A stretch of DNA of 64,000 nucleotides from Eledone cirrhosa (lineage: Eukaryota). The notes below the pieces were generated by a model that worked only from the letters and a program-made list of their open reading frames with translations, was not told the origin of the DNA and did not search any database. The stretch covers positions 30,938,001 to 31,002,000 of the forward strand of contig OZ024746.1 in NCBI GenBank assembly GCA_964016885.1, given 5' to 3'. Shown here one piece after another: positions 1-14,660 of this stretch (positions are counted from its first letter, which is position 1; every line of letters begins with the position of its first letter). The position numbers and the translations under genes are program-made.

Positions 1-82
1 AATGAAAGTTTATAGTTTACAATTTTCGTATGAATTTAAACAAAAACTTACCGAGCGAGCTCAGCACATGTGTCCATCGTAA
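1..82 (-). mobile_element. 5' end of a second, adjacent copy of the Tx1-clade LINE (continues beyond window start)
   Basis: 1-82 is a near-identical direct repeat of 5744-5825, the 5' terminus of the full copy. It is separated from the 3' end of the full copy only by (GATA)n at about 86-105. Confidence 0.85.
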
Positions 83-368
83 AGAGATAGATAGATAGAT
101 AGATAGGTTTCTTTTATTTGCCACTAGGGCATCAAAAGTGGGACAAGTACAAAGGGGGAGTTTACACAAAAAGGCGTCCTCAATAAGGAGGAGGCAATAA
201 CAAAATATAAAAATAAAATAAGATATAACAAAAAATAAAATTTTTAACAAAATCCTCAATAGAGAGGAGGCGCCTTGGGGGGTCGCACACACCCCCGAAA
301 AAAGTGTGCAACCCTTCTCCTCAGGAGCACAGAGAAGGGGTGCTCCCTTGGTCTTTCATCTTCCTCAC

Positions 369-3300
369 CTATAGTCTGATGTAGAGTGAAGGCCCATTCA
401 CACGGGCCATTCTCGCCACTTTCACCCATCTTTCATAGAAACGGCTGGGGTGCAGCACCTCTCTCTCCATCCTGCTCCTTCTTCCGAAATGATAACGGAA
501 GAAACGGACCAGTTGTTGGCCAGAGAGAAAGGTGCCTGACCTCAGTCCTTTCAGACGCGTCCACCATACAACCTCTTTCGCCATGGCTATTACGCACAGA
601 AACACCGCCTCTGCTTCATCTTTGAAGGGGGGAGGCGGCTTGATCATTACAATAGACTCGATGGTCAACCGGATCGGTCCCACCCTTGACAGCAGTTGTT
701 CGACATAGCCCCACAGATCGGCTACGCCCGAGCAGTGTACCAATGCGTGTGCAACGGCTTCCTCGTCGCACACGCATCTGGGACAGATCTTTTTGGCGGG
801 GTCCCTACCCGGGCGCCCGTGTCTGTAGAGCCTTTCTCGAACGGGTAAAGCCCCTCGGTAGCACTGCCAGGCCAGGGACTTCTGGAAGTTGTCCATAGGT
901 CCCGGGCTGAATGTCCTACCGAACAGGATGGCCAGTTCGTCCTCCTCCATGTCTAGGGCTTCTCCGAGGGCGTCGTCGCACCTGCTGCGTACCAGCCCTC
1001 TATAGAATGTTGCGGTGGAGTCTCCACTGATAACCGGATCCGCCTGCCAGAGGGCGGTGAGCGCCTGGGCACACTCAGTGTGCCAGGCGCCCAGTTTTCT
1101 CGGTCTTTGCTTGACCCAGGATTGCAGCTCGGTGAGTGAGACGAGTCTGGGAAAGGTTCGTCTCACAAACGAGGCCCACACCGGTTGTCCGGTGAGGAAT
1201 ACGTAGAGGTGCCGTAGCCTTAATGCGTGTTTACGCATCATTAGCCACGGCATCCCCAGCCCTCCTTTCGAAGGGTGTTGACAGCAGATGGATCTCCTCA
1301 CCATAGGAGCCCGCCTCTTCCAAAGGAATTGGAAGAGCGCGCGCTCCATCTTGGTGAGGGTTTCCCTTGGGCAGGGCACTACGGTCAGGCGGTAGTAGAT
1401 GACGGACGCTATGTAGGTGTTCGCCACCTCCGCCCGACCTTTCAGGGATAGTTTGCAACTGGCCCACTTCTGGGTCAGTGCAAACACCCTGTTCGTAACC
1501 TCCGCCGCCCAGCTTTTCTCCACCTGGAGGTCCGGTCCGAACCAGACCCCGAGCAACTTCACCGGGCCCTCCGTCCAGCGTCCGACGACGCCATCGGAGG
1601 GCATCGGTCTGCCCCTCCACGTGCCGAGTTGCAAACCGATCGACTTGTCCCGGTTCAGCTTAGCCCCTGTGAACTTTTCGTACTCCTCCAGTAAGGTGCC
1701 GACCGCCTCGATTTCGGAGGCTGTCGACACCATTACTGTCACGTCATCGGCGTAGGCCGACACCGCTTTCCGCAATCCCGGTTCCAAAGGGATGCCCTGC
1801 AACAACTCCAACTTCCGCAGTAGTGGCTCGAGAGTCAACACATACAGAAGGGAGGAGAGAGGGCACCCTTGTCGGATGGACCGCGCGATTTTGAACGGCT
1901 CCGAGAGGTAGCCGTTCACCTTGACCCTAGAGCAGATGCGGCTGCTGTGCATAGCAGTGATCCAGCCCCTGAAAACGGGTCCGAAGCCTGCCGCCGCTAG
2001 CACCGCATCCAGGTAACCATGGTCGACCCTATCGAACGCCTTAGATTGATCCAAGTTGATCAGAGCCCCACCAAAGCCGGGTTCGTTCCCAACCCTCTCT
2101 ATGATGTATCGCATGAGGTGGAGGTTGTCATGGATGGACCTGGACGGGATAGCGCATGTCTGCGCATCTCCCACCAGGTTGCCCACGACAAGCGCCAACC
2201 TCTTTGCTAGCACCTTGGCCAAAATCTGTAACTCTGTATTTAGCAGAGTTATGGGCCTGAAGTTACTTATTTCGTCCCCCTTGTTCTCGTCCTTCCTCAC
2301 TAGCGTGACTACGCCCTTGGTCACAGTACAGGGAATTCTCCCGTTCTGTTGCCAGTTGCAGTAGACCGCCTCGAGGAGATCGGGGAACAAGTCCGGCATA
2401 GCTAGATATAATTCGTAAGGAAGACCATCGAGACCCGGGGATTTGCGTTTGCCGCATTGGCTCAGCACGTCCTCTATCTCAGCGGCCGAAATCGGCTCCT
2501 CGCAGGACTTCGCCTCCCTGTCCGAGAGGCGCGGCAGGCCGTCGAGGTATGGACCGAAGTCCACGTTCCCAACCGGCTCCCCGCCCCTCCCGAACAGTCG
2601 GGCAAAGTGCCTTTGAAAGGCCTCACACATCTGCTTAGGCTCAAGAATCGCCCGTCCATCCAGGTCTCGCAAAGACCGGATGGTGGATTTAGTTCCACTG
2701 TTGGCCTCTGTCACGCGGGCCCAGCCAAAGCTTTGGCCCCCTCGTTCCCTAGAGCACGTATTTTACTTCGGACAACGCAGCCTTCGTGCTTCGCGTCGAA
2801 AAACTGGCTCAAAGCCGTTCTCGACGCTAGCACTCTGGCCACGTCGCCGCTTCTAATTGCCTCTTCTACTCTATCTATTAGCTCCCTTTCCTTCCTATTC
2901 CTATCCGCAGCTAGAACCTTACTAAATTCAATCGAGACTACTCTAATCTCTCTCTTTAGAGATACCCACCACCTGCTGTTGACGATCGCTCCAGTCAACC
3001 GTTCCTTAACTAACCTACTAATCCGATTCCTGTAGGCTCTACTTGCCGGCAAGGACAAGTTGAGCTTCCAGTAACCGGGGCCCTGTCTATGCGTTCTATC
3101 AAGGTTGACCATGCAGGTCACCAACTTGTGGTCTGAATAGCCAACCATGAGCATTTCTGGACAACTTAAAAAGTCCCTGTCCTTATTTCTAACTAAAACT
3201 CTATCTAGGTACGATCTAGATGATCCGCTGCGATTTGACCAAGACCAGGTTGGCACCGTCGGAAAATCTAGTCGAAATCTATCGGCCAGGTCAAATCGGC

Positions 3301-3808
3301 CGAGTAACCCCTTGAGGCTGTTGCACCCCTCTCTATCGGGACATGCCCCTGCATAGTCCCAACGTGCATCCAGGATACAATTCCAATCCCCCACTAAAAG
3401 CAGGGAACGAGACGTCCCTAGAAAAGACTCCAGACGCTGGAAAAAGTCGGGCCGCTCTGTCCCAAAAGGGGCATATGCGGCTATCAGCCTAAGGGCTCTA
3501 CCTTCACCACTGCCAAGGTCCAGCACCACCAGTCGACCCCCTGGGTCCAAGTGAACTATCTGTGTTGCAAGGCCCATATGTTTTTGCAGCAGAACGACAA
3601 CCCCACCCCCACCTCCGGGCTGACAGAGAGATGCGTGCATCTCAAAGTCGTCAAAGGTGGGGGCTAGCTGTCGCATGCTGCTGATCCGGGCCTCGCAGAT
3701 AACCATCACATTTATAGATTGTGACCTGAGGTCATTTAGAAGCATTGCTTGCTTCCAAGACGAGCCCAGGCCACGCGCATTTAGACACCCTACTCTTAGC
3801 ACAGCCAT
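369..3808 (-). pseudogene. LINE ORF2 (APE endonuclease + reverse transcriptase + C-terminal zinc finger), one frameshift near 2712-2725
   Basis: APE motifs: MAVLRVGCLNARGL, GDWN, SYLDR, YSDH. RT motifs: KSPGLDGLP, FRPITLLN, LDQSKAFDRV, RQGCPLS, YADD. Zinc finger: CPRCVCDEEAVAHALVHC. Split into track ORFs 2711-3832 and 369-2714. Confidence 0.92.
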
Positions 3809-3832
3809 GTTGGTGGTAAAGAGAAAAGGCAC

Positions 3833-5604
3833 TTACCTCTCTGCGTCCCGGGAAACGGGCCGCTCAATTTCCATGCTGGTTGGGGATGGGTTGTTGGGTG
3901 GGGTGGTGGTTTGTGGAAGTAAAGGGGCATCGGTGTGTTGTGGGGTTGGGGTGTTTGTCGTTGAGTGGGTGTCTGGGTGGGGGGGGGGGGTGAAATTTTT
4001 TAGGAGGACGCGGTTGATTGGTTTGGCGCAGGGGGGGCCCACGTCCTCCGTGAAATTTATTTTCAGTGTTTTGTACAAGTGCATTGGGACTTTTATCATT
4101 TTCAAATGAGGTAGTCCCACAGCAGTTATAAAGTTTGGCCCTTCAGTTTGGACCGAAGGGTTTGCTGAAATTGTTTTCCGTAATTCTTTGTTGTCTGTGT
4201 TCATGTATGTGTATTGTAAGGTCTTTTTTTGTGTAGCAGTTAGTGTTGTGTGACAGGGAGGGGTGGTTTGTGTGTAGTTTGTGTTCTCTTGGGGGGGGGG
4301 GTTAAAGTTAACATGTGTGTCTGTGGTGCGTCTCCTCTTCTTTCTTTTTACTTGTTGGAAGGGATCTTTTTCGTCTTGCGACGAAAGAGGTTCGTCTTCC
4401 TTGTTGGGTGGGAGGGGTATGTTTTCTGGTAGTGTTTGCGGTGTGCGTGTTTTTGTATTTGTTTTGGGTGGGGAGGGATTGGGTGGGACAGTATTCTGTG
4501 TTATTTTTTCACGTGTTTGTTGTTGTTGTTGTTGTGGTGGTGGTGGTGGGGTTGTTGGTTTTTGTTGTTGTTGTTGTAGTTGGGGTGGTGTTGGTGTTGG
4601 TAGCAGTGTTTTTTTCTGTGTGAGCTGGGGACAGGCAGCCCTCAGGTGACCTCTATTGTCACAGAGGTAACAGGAGGGACGCCTACCCTCCACAATAATG
4701 TTGAGGTGGGTACGGTCATCCAGCATGACGCGCTTAGGGATTTGGGCGATGCGTTCTGGCCTTATTTGGGTCAGAACTTCGAGGCTCGTTCCACTGAATG
4801 CGTCGCCGGATGCCTTCCCTATTGAGATGAGGTTGTCCTCGTCTAAATTGAGGAAACCGGTTAGTAACCACCAGTAGTTTATGTTTGGGGTGATGGTGGT
4901 TATCCATATCCTCTGGGTTTTTTTACCCATGTAGGTGGGGAAGAAGGTGTAGTGTGTGGACCGAATTGGCGACACAGAGTATTTTTTTGCCGCCAATTCG
5001 TCTTTCATCAATATGGATAAACTCCCATAGAGTTTATCCTTTTGTATGAAAGTGATGTCTCTCATCGCGTCTTTCAAGACTAACTGAGTTTCCGCTTGAG
5101 ATGGTTGCGCTGGTTTCTTTGTTTTATTTAAAATTGTTCGGAATACGACAGTTCGTAATTCCGTCTGTCTTTTTAGCTCCGGAGGTGAATGTATAGAAAA
5201 CGATCCGTTTTCGCCAAAAGACACATATTTCTTGGCTTTTTCCAGCATTTCTTTTGCTTTTGAAATATCTTCCAGCACATAAGCGACTGATAATTTAGCC
5301 GTTTGTGCAAAAGATATTTTGTTTTCGTTTTGGATATTAGTATTGTTTTGTTTCTCGTCGTTTGAGTTGTTTTCATCTTTGTTGTTGTTGTTGTCTTTCT
5401 CGTTTCGTGTGTGGATACTTGTGACGTTTGTGTTGTTGTTGTTTTTGTTGTCTTTATTGTTGCTGTTGTTGTTGTTGTTGTTGTTGTTGTTTTCAAATTC
5501 TGACCTCTGCCTTTGGCATCTGCTGCTGTGACAGTGGCAGGGGGAAGCTGTGAGTATGACTTCCCCTTTCCTTCTTTGATTGATGGTGAAGATGCTTCAG
5601 CCAT
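3833..5604 (-). pseudogene. LINE ORF1 (gag-like nucleic-acid-binding protein), probable frameshift in the (ACA)n-rich region at about 5300-5490
   Basis: CYLCDNRGHLRAAC = CX2CX4HX4C knuckle, a basic KRKKRRR patch and Pro/Gln/Thr-rich low-complexity tracts. The likely ATG at 5604 (MAEASS) is in a different frame from the 481-aa ORF. Confidence 0.8.
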
Positions 5605-5824
5605 TTTTCTCAAAATAGGGTTTTTCGAAGTTTTTCGAAAGATAAAATGTTCACAATACTATTTCGCCCAAAGGCGCAGAATATTTTGAGAGACCGACCA
5701 GATCAAAGTTTGACCTGGCAGTCCCTCTACAAAATGGTACAAAAATGAAAGTTTACAGTTTACAATTTCCGTATGAATTTAAACAAAAACTTACCGAGCG
5801 AGCTCAGCACATGTGTCCATCGTA

Positions 5825-5886
5825 GACAGATATATAGATATATAGATATTATTTGCTAGATATACAGATATATAGATATTATTTGC

Positions 5887-5967
<81 letters not shown>

Positions 5968-5988
5968 CGATCGATCGATCGATCGATC

Positions 5989-6082
<94 letters not shown>

Positions 6083-6130
6083 CAGACAAACAAGTTGACA
6101 GAGAGACAGGATGACAAACAAACAGACAGG
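5825..6130. repeat. (GATA)n / (GATC)n / (GACA)n microsatellite
   Basis: Directly visible tetranucleotide array. Confidence 0.95.
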
Positions 6131-6589
6131 TCAATATAAGCATGTTGCTAAAGAGTATATCTTCTGTGTGTGACTCTCGTAATATCCCATTATTAACGGG
6201 AGATATGTGCAGCGAGGTGAAACGAAAGGCCCACTAATTTTAACATATTATGTGCCCCAAACATCAGCACTATGCACAGGTTTCAGTAAATTAGCCAAGA
6301 TTCGATGACTTACTTTAAACCGTCTTTTTCTTAACAGAAAGGTAGAGAAAGAAGTTGTATATGGTTTTTTTTTTTTTCGCTATTCAATAACTAAAGAAGT
6401 ATGATTGTTAACAAACGTGTTTGTTTTATAGTATTGTTTAATCGAGCAGATAACAGCTTGCCGCAATAAGCAGACGACATTAACAGCTGTCAAGTAAATC
6501 TGGCTTTCAAACACTTTTTGCTGATTTTTTTATGATTCTCAGAATGATTTTTCTCGCGTCAGGTTCTGGATTTATATCCAGTCAAGTTA

Positions 6590-6905
6590 CTGAAACACAC
6601 AACCTGTTGGATATCACACTGGGGTCATCACACAGTAGATGTTTGAAAGATATCACACTGTGGCTGTTTGTCAGATATCACACTGTGGCTGTTTGTCAGA
6701 TATTACGCAGTAGATGTTCGTATGATATCACACTGTGACTGTATGTAAGATATCACACAGTAGATGTTCGCATGATATCACACTGTAGATGTTTGTAAGA
6801 TATCACTCTGTAGATATTTGTAAGATATCACACAATAGATGTTAGTATGTAAGATATCACAGTAGATGTTAAAGTGGTATTTAAGATGTCACACAGTCGG
6901 TGTTA
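6590..6905. repeat. Degenerate ~26-bp tandem repeat (GATATCACACTGTAGATGTTTGTAA-like)
   Basis: About 11 recurring gatatcacac units. Confidence 0.85.
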
Positions 6906-7289
6906 GGATTGTATTTAAGCTTATGTTGGAATGTTTTCCATAATTTACTTTCCACATATGTAAAGGATTCAGTAAAAAAATATTTTAAAAACGGGTTTGT
7001 TAATTTAAATATTTATAGTATCTTTAGTGGTGGACAGATTGTTATGAACATTTAAAGTCTAAGAGTAAAGGCATTGACTTTTAATAAGATACAGACGTAG
7101 TCCTGGCTGTTTTCTACTTTTCAGAAATATCTTGAGAATGTGGTACAGGACTTTAACAATAGTTACATAACATTTCAGCCGCTTGTTGTTGTTGCTGTTG
7201 TTGTTGAATCTCATACCTATGTAGGTTTAGCTGACCTCTTAAGAGGTTATATCTTATATTTTTAATGATAGGGTCCCAGTCACATAATG

Positions 7290-8165
7290 AAAAGTCTACT
7301 CATGGACAAGACGCCTGTTCATTGCAGGAGTCAATCCTCGGTTTTTGCTGTTGGTACTAATTTTGTTTTTCTACTGAGGTGATTGGAGCAACACGAAAGT
7401 CCAGTAAACCATGTATCTTTGATGTTTGTTCTCGTTTGTTTTAAAACTTTTCAATTGATATTTATAGCTTCTTCTGGAATCCTCTTCCTTCTTCACCTCC
7501 TGTAAAATCAGATCCCTCCTCATCTTTCCCCTGGCTTCTGACCACCGTTCCATTTTTATTTCGCCCACTCCTTGCCTATTAGATATAATGTGTCCCATTA
7601 TATCTCTGATCTTAAGACTTTCTTTTGTTGCATATACTGCTTCCTGGACCTTCCATTTTCTGCCTGTCTTAAGCTTGGGTCCGATCGACCACTGAACATT
7701 GCTTTTCGAGTTTTCAAGCATGGTCAAGAGCCTTAATTTTGCGACTTTGTACTTCTCAACGATGAATTTGAGAGGTAGTAGCATCAACTTGGTCTGACGC
7801 AGTAGAGTGCAACATTAGTAAGACCAGAGATGGGATACCAAGCCATTTCCTTGTGTATTTGTTGATTTTAGCCTCAATGGCATCCACTGTACTAGAGCTG
7901 ATATCGTATATCAGTAGAGGCCAGAAAAACTTTGGAATCAACATGACTTGCAAGTACCACCCACACCTTATATTTTCCTGAGAGGCCACATTGATCTATG
8001 ACCTGCAGACCTTTTACCGCCATGTGCTTGGTTTCGGCTCCCCTTTTCGTAGCCTTCCGACTGACGTCATACCATCTTCCGAGACTTTTCAGTGGTTCCT
8101 CAGCCACTGTAGGGATCTTTTAAGTGGGCTACTATGAATGCTACTGGTCCCGCTACTTCCCCTTC
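7290..8165 (-). pseudogene. Decayed RT thumb/C-terminal fragment of an RLE-type (Hero/NeSL-like) non-LTR retrotransposon
   Basis: Frameshifted peptides EEPLKSLGRWYD, LSGKYKVW, PKFFWPLLIYD..STVDAIEAKINKYTRKWLGIP, EKYKVAKLRL, LKTGRKWKVQEAV. Confidence 0.7.
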
Positions 8166-8262
8166 CCCAGATGTTATACCACAAGTATTAGTTAAATAAC
8201 TTGTATTAAAACATTTGTAAAGCTATTCAATGGTTTAAAAAATCTATTCTACCATCTTAATT

Positions 8263-8322
<60 letters not shown>

Positions 8323-8765
8323 AATTAAGATGATATATATATATAAACAAATATATACAGAGAGAGAGAGAGAGAGAGGGGGGAGAGAGATCGAGAGAGA
8401 GAAAGAAAGAAAAAGAGAGAGATGTATATAAGCTGAGTTTTGAATAAATAGTCCTTTCGTTAGAAAGTCACGTCCTTTGTTCTCTTTGTATAAGATGTTT
8501 ATACACGAAACGTTTGACGGAGGTCTAGTGACTTTACAGACCCACTTCACTCGGCCTCCATCCCCACACACTTCATACTGACTTTACAACCCCCACTCAT
8601 ATACGCGCCCATCCCCACCCCAAATACTCACACTTCATGCTCACTTTATTAAACAGTGTAATGATTCATATCACGCCCCTATTTTGGAGCTTACAATAGG
8701 CAATGGTGTATTTATTAGAAGTTCGGCATGCTATTAACCTTCTTACTCCTCCTTTCTCTCATCCC

Positions 8766-8836
<71 letters not shown>

Positions 8837-8919
8837 CCCCACCATTCTCAAAAGCGTGAAACTAATAAACTCTTATTTGTACTGCCTCTCTGTTTTTGTT
8901 CCCGTCTAAGTTTTAACTA

Positions 8920-9370
<451 letters not shown>

Positions 9371-9372
<2 letters not shown>

Positions 9373-9974
9373 CGTTGTAGTTCCTGTCTGTTTGTTTGTT
9401 CACGAACTCCTCCTATGGTATTGGAGATAGACCCCCATAACCATATATATTCTGAAACTACATTGCCCAGGGTACTTGGATAAGTATATTTCATTTTAAT
9501 CAAAGGGTTCGCCGGGGGGCACAAACCCCCGCTGAAAACCACCACTGAAAATGTTTCCCCTTCGATTTATATGAAATTTAAACCATAGGTAGATGACAAG
9601 ATATGATGCCTATTCACAAAATTTCAGCAAATTTCAATAATATTAAGACACACTAATGGGGATTAAACCCCCTATAGTGAAAATTTTGGAAGTCCATAAC
9701 TTGAGTATTGGAACTTTGAATTTCTAATTTGAAAATAACGCTTTACACAAAAATGAAATGATCAAGTTTTGACTAAGATTTAATAATATCATTTTGATTT
9801 GATATATTACAAAAGATAATGTTTTCCAATTTTTCATGCATTACATTTTACATTGAGTAATATTGAAATGCAGAGTTTTTCTCCATAAATTATATCACTG
9901 ATTTAAAATCAATCATCATTTTCTTACAAAAAGAAATGTGTGAAACGCAGTAAGGCGCGGGTAATTCGGCTAGT
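9371..9974 (+). mobile_element. Non-autonomous Helitron-like element
   Basis: 5' CTGTCTGTTTGTTTGT subterminal motif; GC-rich 3' end terminating in CTAG|T; located within a TA tract. Confidence 0.6.
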
Positions 9975-9980
9975 ATATAT

Positions 9981-10548
<568 letters not shown>

Positions 10549-10626
10549 ATCTATCTATCAATCTATCTATCTATTTATATATATATATACATCACCTTGC
10601 CTGTAAGCCTGTAATCTTTGAATTAT

Positions 10627-10736
<110 letters not shown>

Positions 10737-11258
10737 AGTCAAACTGAAAATCCTAGTCCGAATACTTGCTAAAGTCACTCAGCGTGTTTGTTGTTGTGGC
10801 TAAACCTGGTGAAGCATTAAGTCATCTGCACAAGAACTCAGAACGCATATTGGACATGGCATCTCGTTCGATACTGAAACAATTTCTGCAATCCACCACC
10901 CTGGACTGATACTTTATTTTAGCGACCTAGGGATTGACCGTTTTAAATTTTAACAACTATTATCGTGTGTGTGGTGCAGTAAATAAATATATAGTAGTGT
11001 GTGAAAGTTAGGAAAATGTTATGGGAGGAGATTGATAGGTAAGGGGTGGTAGGCGAAAGGTCCAACCTTATGGGTGGGGGCCAAAATGGAGGGTACAGGG
11101 TTGTCATGCACAAAAAAATACATATGCACAAAACACTAAGAAATCACAAACACAAAAACGCACACCAGTGTGTACACACCAATTATATAAGACTCTGAGA
11201 CACTCACGTGTTAACACACACACCCAGACTGAAGCAACGCGCATCTACCAATTTCATG

Positions 11259-11647
11259 AGGGCGGTGACTTGGTAGAATCGGTAGAGGGTCTGACGCCAT
11301 GCTTTGCAGCATGGAGTTACGGCCTTTCCATTCTGAGTTCAAATCCCGCCGAGGTTAACTTCGCCTTTCATCCTTACGGGGTCGATAAAATAAAGTACCA
11401 GTAATACACTGGGATAATTGCTGGCCTTGTGCCAAAAGTAGAAACAATTATTTCAATGTCATCAGGCGGTGGATTGGCAGAATTGGTAGAGGGTCGGACA
11501 TGCTTTCCAGCATAGTTACGTCCCTTTACGATCTGAGTTAAAATCCAGCCGAGGTTAACTTTGCCTTTCATCCTTACGGGGTCGATAAAATAAAGTACCA
11601 GTAATTATACTGGGTAATTATACTGCCAAAAAGTAGAAACAATTATT
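11259..11647 (+). mobile_element. Two head-to-tail tRNA-derived SINEs (family A, ~190 bp)
   Basis: A-box TGGCAGAATTGG/TGGTAGAATCGG, B-box GAGTTCAAATCC, central TTGCCTTTCATCCTTACGGGGTCGATAAAATAAAGTACC, and (ATT)n tail. Confidence 0.85.
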
Positions 11648-11743
11648 TCGATGTCACAGATGAACACCAGTCAGCACGACCAACTTCCGCGACCACCGAG
11701 GACAAACCCGACGATGTACACGTCATGATTGTCGAGGACCGCC

Positions 11744-11786
<43 letters not shown>

Positions 11787-11808
11787 ACTCACTCACTCAC
11801 TCACTCAG

Positions 11809-11843
<35 letters not shown>

Positions 11844-12423
11844 TACATACATACATACATACATACATACATACATACATACAGTGTTGTGCTGAATCTC
11901 CCTGGGAATTACGTTATGGGTACGTGTGTTTGTGGAATGCTGAACTACTTAAACGTGAACTTTATGAACAAGCAGTTCCGTTGACCGAACAAATGGAACA
12001 ATTACCGCCGAAGCCGACGGAGGTTCATTCCAAGAGCTAGCGTTCTATTTTAAAATGGATTCAAGCTAGGACAGTAAATATATATATTTTATTTAACATC
12101 ATTACGATCTTCTTTTTTTTTCGTAAGAAGTGTATTTATTAAATAAATAAATGAATCTGGGCGTTGGAGCATCGGGGCCATTATTTGTTGGTTGTTTGTC
12201 TGGTGTACATGGTATATTGAATATAGGCTAGAAACACCAGTTGAAGAGGAGGAGGTCGAGGTGGTGGGGGGGGGGTGAAGGGAGGCGGTTTACTTCTGAA
12301 TTAATGGACCTTTATTAACAAGTCGTTCGGTTTTATTTTATCTTTTATTTTATCACTCCCACTCTCTCTCTCTCTCTCTCTCCCTATCTCTATCACTCCC
12401 TCCCTCTCTCTCCCCCTCAACCC

Positions 12424-12454
<31 letters not shown>

Positions 12455-12510
12455 CAATCTGGTCACTGTTGCGTGCAGATATGTAGAATGTCTTCCAGTG
12501 AACAAAGAGT

Positions 12511-12750
12511 CAATATGCACTGGAATAATTGCTGGCCTTGTGCCTAAAGTAGAAACAAATATATATAATTGTTTCTACTTTTGGCACAAGGCCAGCAATT
12601 ATTCCAGTGCATTACTGGTACTTTATTTTATCGACCCCGTAAGGATGAAAGGCAAAGTTAACCTCGGCGGGATTTGAACTCAGATCATAAAGGGAGGTAA
12701 CTCTATGCTTCAAAGCATGGCGTCCGACCCTTACCGATACTGCCAATCCA
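12511..12750 (-). mobile_element. SINE family A (minus) with an inverted 3' fragment at 12511-12558
   Basis: Reverse complement of the family A consensus; tail-to-tail fragment. Confidence 0.8.
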
Positions 12751-13547
12751 CAAACAAATATATATAATGATTACTATATGTGGTTGGTTTACCTTCCCTT
12801 TCACTTTAAGCTCTCACACACACACACACATACATACACTAATTGATATATGTACACGCCAAGCGCCCGTATCATGCTTTCTTCTAGTAAACAAAGAGAA
12901 GAACCAAAGCAACTCCTGGCAACCATTTCAGTTAGGGAGTGTGTGTGGGGTGGGGGGTGGGGGCTAGAAAAATATGAAATGCTTATTAAATATGAATGTG
13001 TTAGTGGGGGGTGGGAGTCTGTTAGATACAAAATAAGGAGGGTGGAGAGGTGACAGAGTGAGGGAGGGACATAAGTTGGTGGGATAGGGCATTGTTGTGG
13101 AGGAGCAAACGCCGTACAATGATTTATAATTATGCTATTTAACACGAGTCAAGACCACGGCCTAGTTTGAAACGCCGGGTCTTCATATCAATTTTTACGT
13201 CTTCATATCGAACTCCAGATCTCTGTATCGATTCTAGAATTTTGAGTTTGATTTCCAAATCTTTTATTTCACGTTGCTCCAGTTCACTCACGGAGAAGAC
13301 AGGGGTTGTGGTGTCACTGATGCCAAGTTGTATCGGCCTTCACCTTTCCTTCCGATTACATTATTAACCTGTTTGTTTTCTCTTTGCTTCGGTGTCGTGG
13401 CTAGGCTTGCCTGCCACAGTTTTCAATTTGTCATGGCGTTTAACGAATGTTGTTACTCTGAGATTCCTCATTGAGTGCTTGGCTGCACAATTCCTCATTG
13501 TATCTCGTTGGCTTGGCTACAGCCGAAGCTTCGATTTTACTAAACTT

Positions 13548-13586
<39 letters not shown>

Positions 13587-13773
13587 CTGCATGAAATGTA
13601 TAGATAGTGTATATATGAGTTGTGTCAAGTATTTCCATTCCCTTAGATAGCGTCAATGGCATGAAGAGGAGATACTGGTATGTAGAGGTGACTGGTGGTC
13701 TTCTCAAGAACGACTTACCTTGGCTTGTGTCTTTGAAGAGGAACAGGCTTGTGGTTAGTCATAACCAAATGGA

Positions 13774-13826
<53 letters not shown>

Positions 13827-14296
13827 TTGGAAATATATTTGGAAATCTCAATGAAAAGAATCACCGAAGCATTTAAAACATAATTTAACTAATGCCAAAA
13901 CATCCATTGAGGGGATACAACCTAGACAAACCAATATTAGAAAGTTTCACTCGTATCGTCTCCTTAACTGCACTTTCTTGTCTTAAGAAACAATATTAAG
14001 TATCCCAATAAATTAGGACAACCAATATTGGAAGAAAATCCCTTACCGGGGTGATTCTTTGGATATAGAAAAAAGTATTCAATAGATTACATAAGGACCT
14101 TGTTGTTATCAAACAGCGTGATGCCTTGAATAACACTTGTGTTATTCGACTACCAGATGAATGTGTATATCAGGACTATACGTCAGATTTGTAGCGACGC
14201 TAGAAATAGCACACATTATGCCCCTCTAAATACTCAACAATTAAGGAGTAATAAAGTTTAGACAGAAAGTTATTTGTCACCAATATACCTGGACAT

Positions 14297-14660
14297 CTCA
14301 ATGAAAAGAATAATGTGGAAATGTGATAAAACTGTGGTAATGAGAGAAAACTGTTGAAATATAAGAAAATGTGGAAATGAGAGATTGTGGAAATGAGAGA
14401 AAATTGTGGAAATGAAAGAAAAGTGAGGAAATGAGATAAAATTGTGGAAATGAGAGAAAAGGTGGAAATCCGAGAAAAGTGTGGAAATAAGAGAAAAATG
14501 AGGAAATAAGAGAAAATTGGGGAAATAAGAGAAAATTGGGGAAATGAGAGAAAAGTGTGGAAATGAGAGAACATTGTAGAAATGAGAGAAAACTGTGGAA
14601 ATGAGAGAAAAGTATGGAAATGATAGAAAACTGGAAATGTGAAAAAAAACTGTGGAAATG
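14297..14660. repeat. ~20-bp tandem repeat (TGTGGAAATGAGAGAAAA-like)
   Basis: About 18 degenerate units. Confidence 0.9.

Larger units (their letters stand above)
107..5824 (-). mobile_element. Near full-length Tx1/L1-clade non-LTR retrotransposon inserted in a (GATA)n/(TATC)n microsatellite
   Basis: 5' UTR, ORF1 with a CCHC knuckle, ORF2 with APE-RT-zinc finger, and a 3' UTR ending AATAAAAGAAACCT that runs directly into (ATCT)n with no poly-A. GATA repeats lie on both flanks. Confidence 0.92.

Noticed and set aside
386-4649. Plus-strand ORFs overlapping the LINE
   Set aside because: Antisense frames of a GC-rich coding sequence with no domain signal.
8475-8520. Stem followed by GAAACGTT (possible hammerhead 3' half); similar weak case at 6170-6230
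   Set aside because: No CUGANGA box or helix I; compatible with chance.
13150-13550. Protein-like minus-strand stretch (ELEQREIKDLEIKLKILES)
   Set aside because: Short, with no recognisable domain or exon context; cannot be supported.
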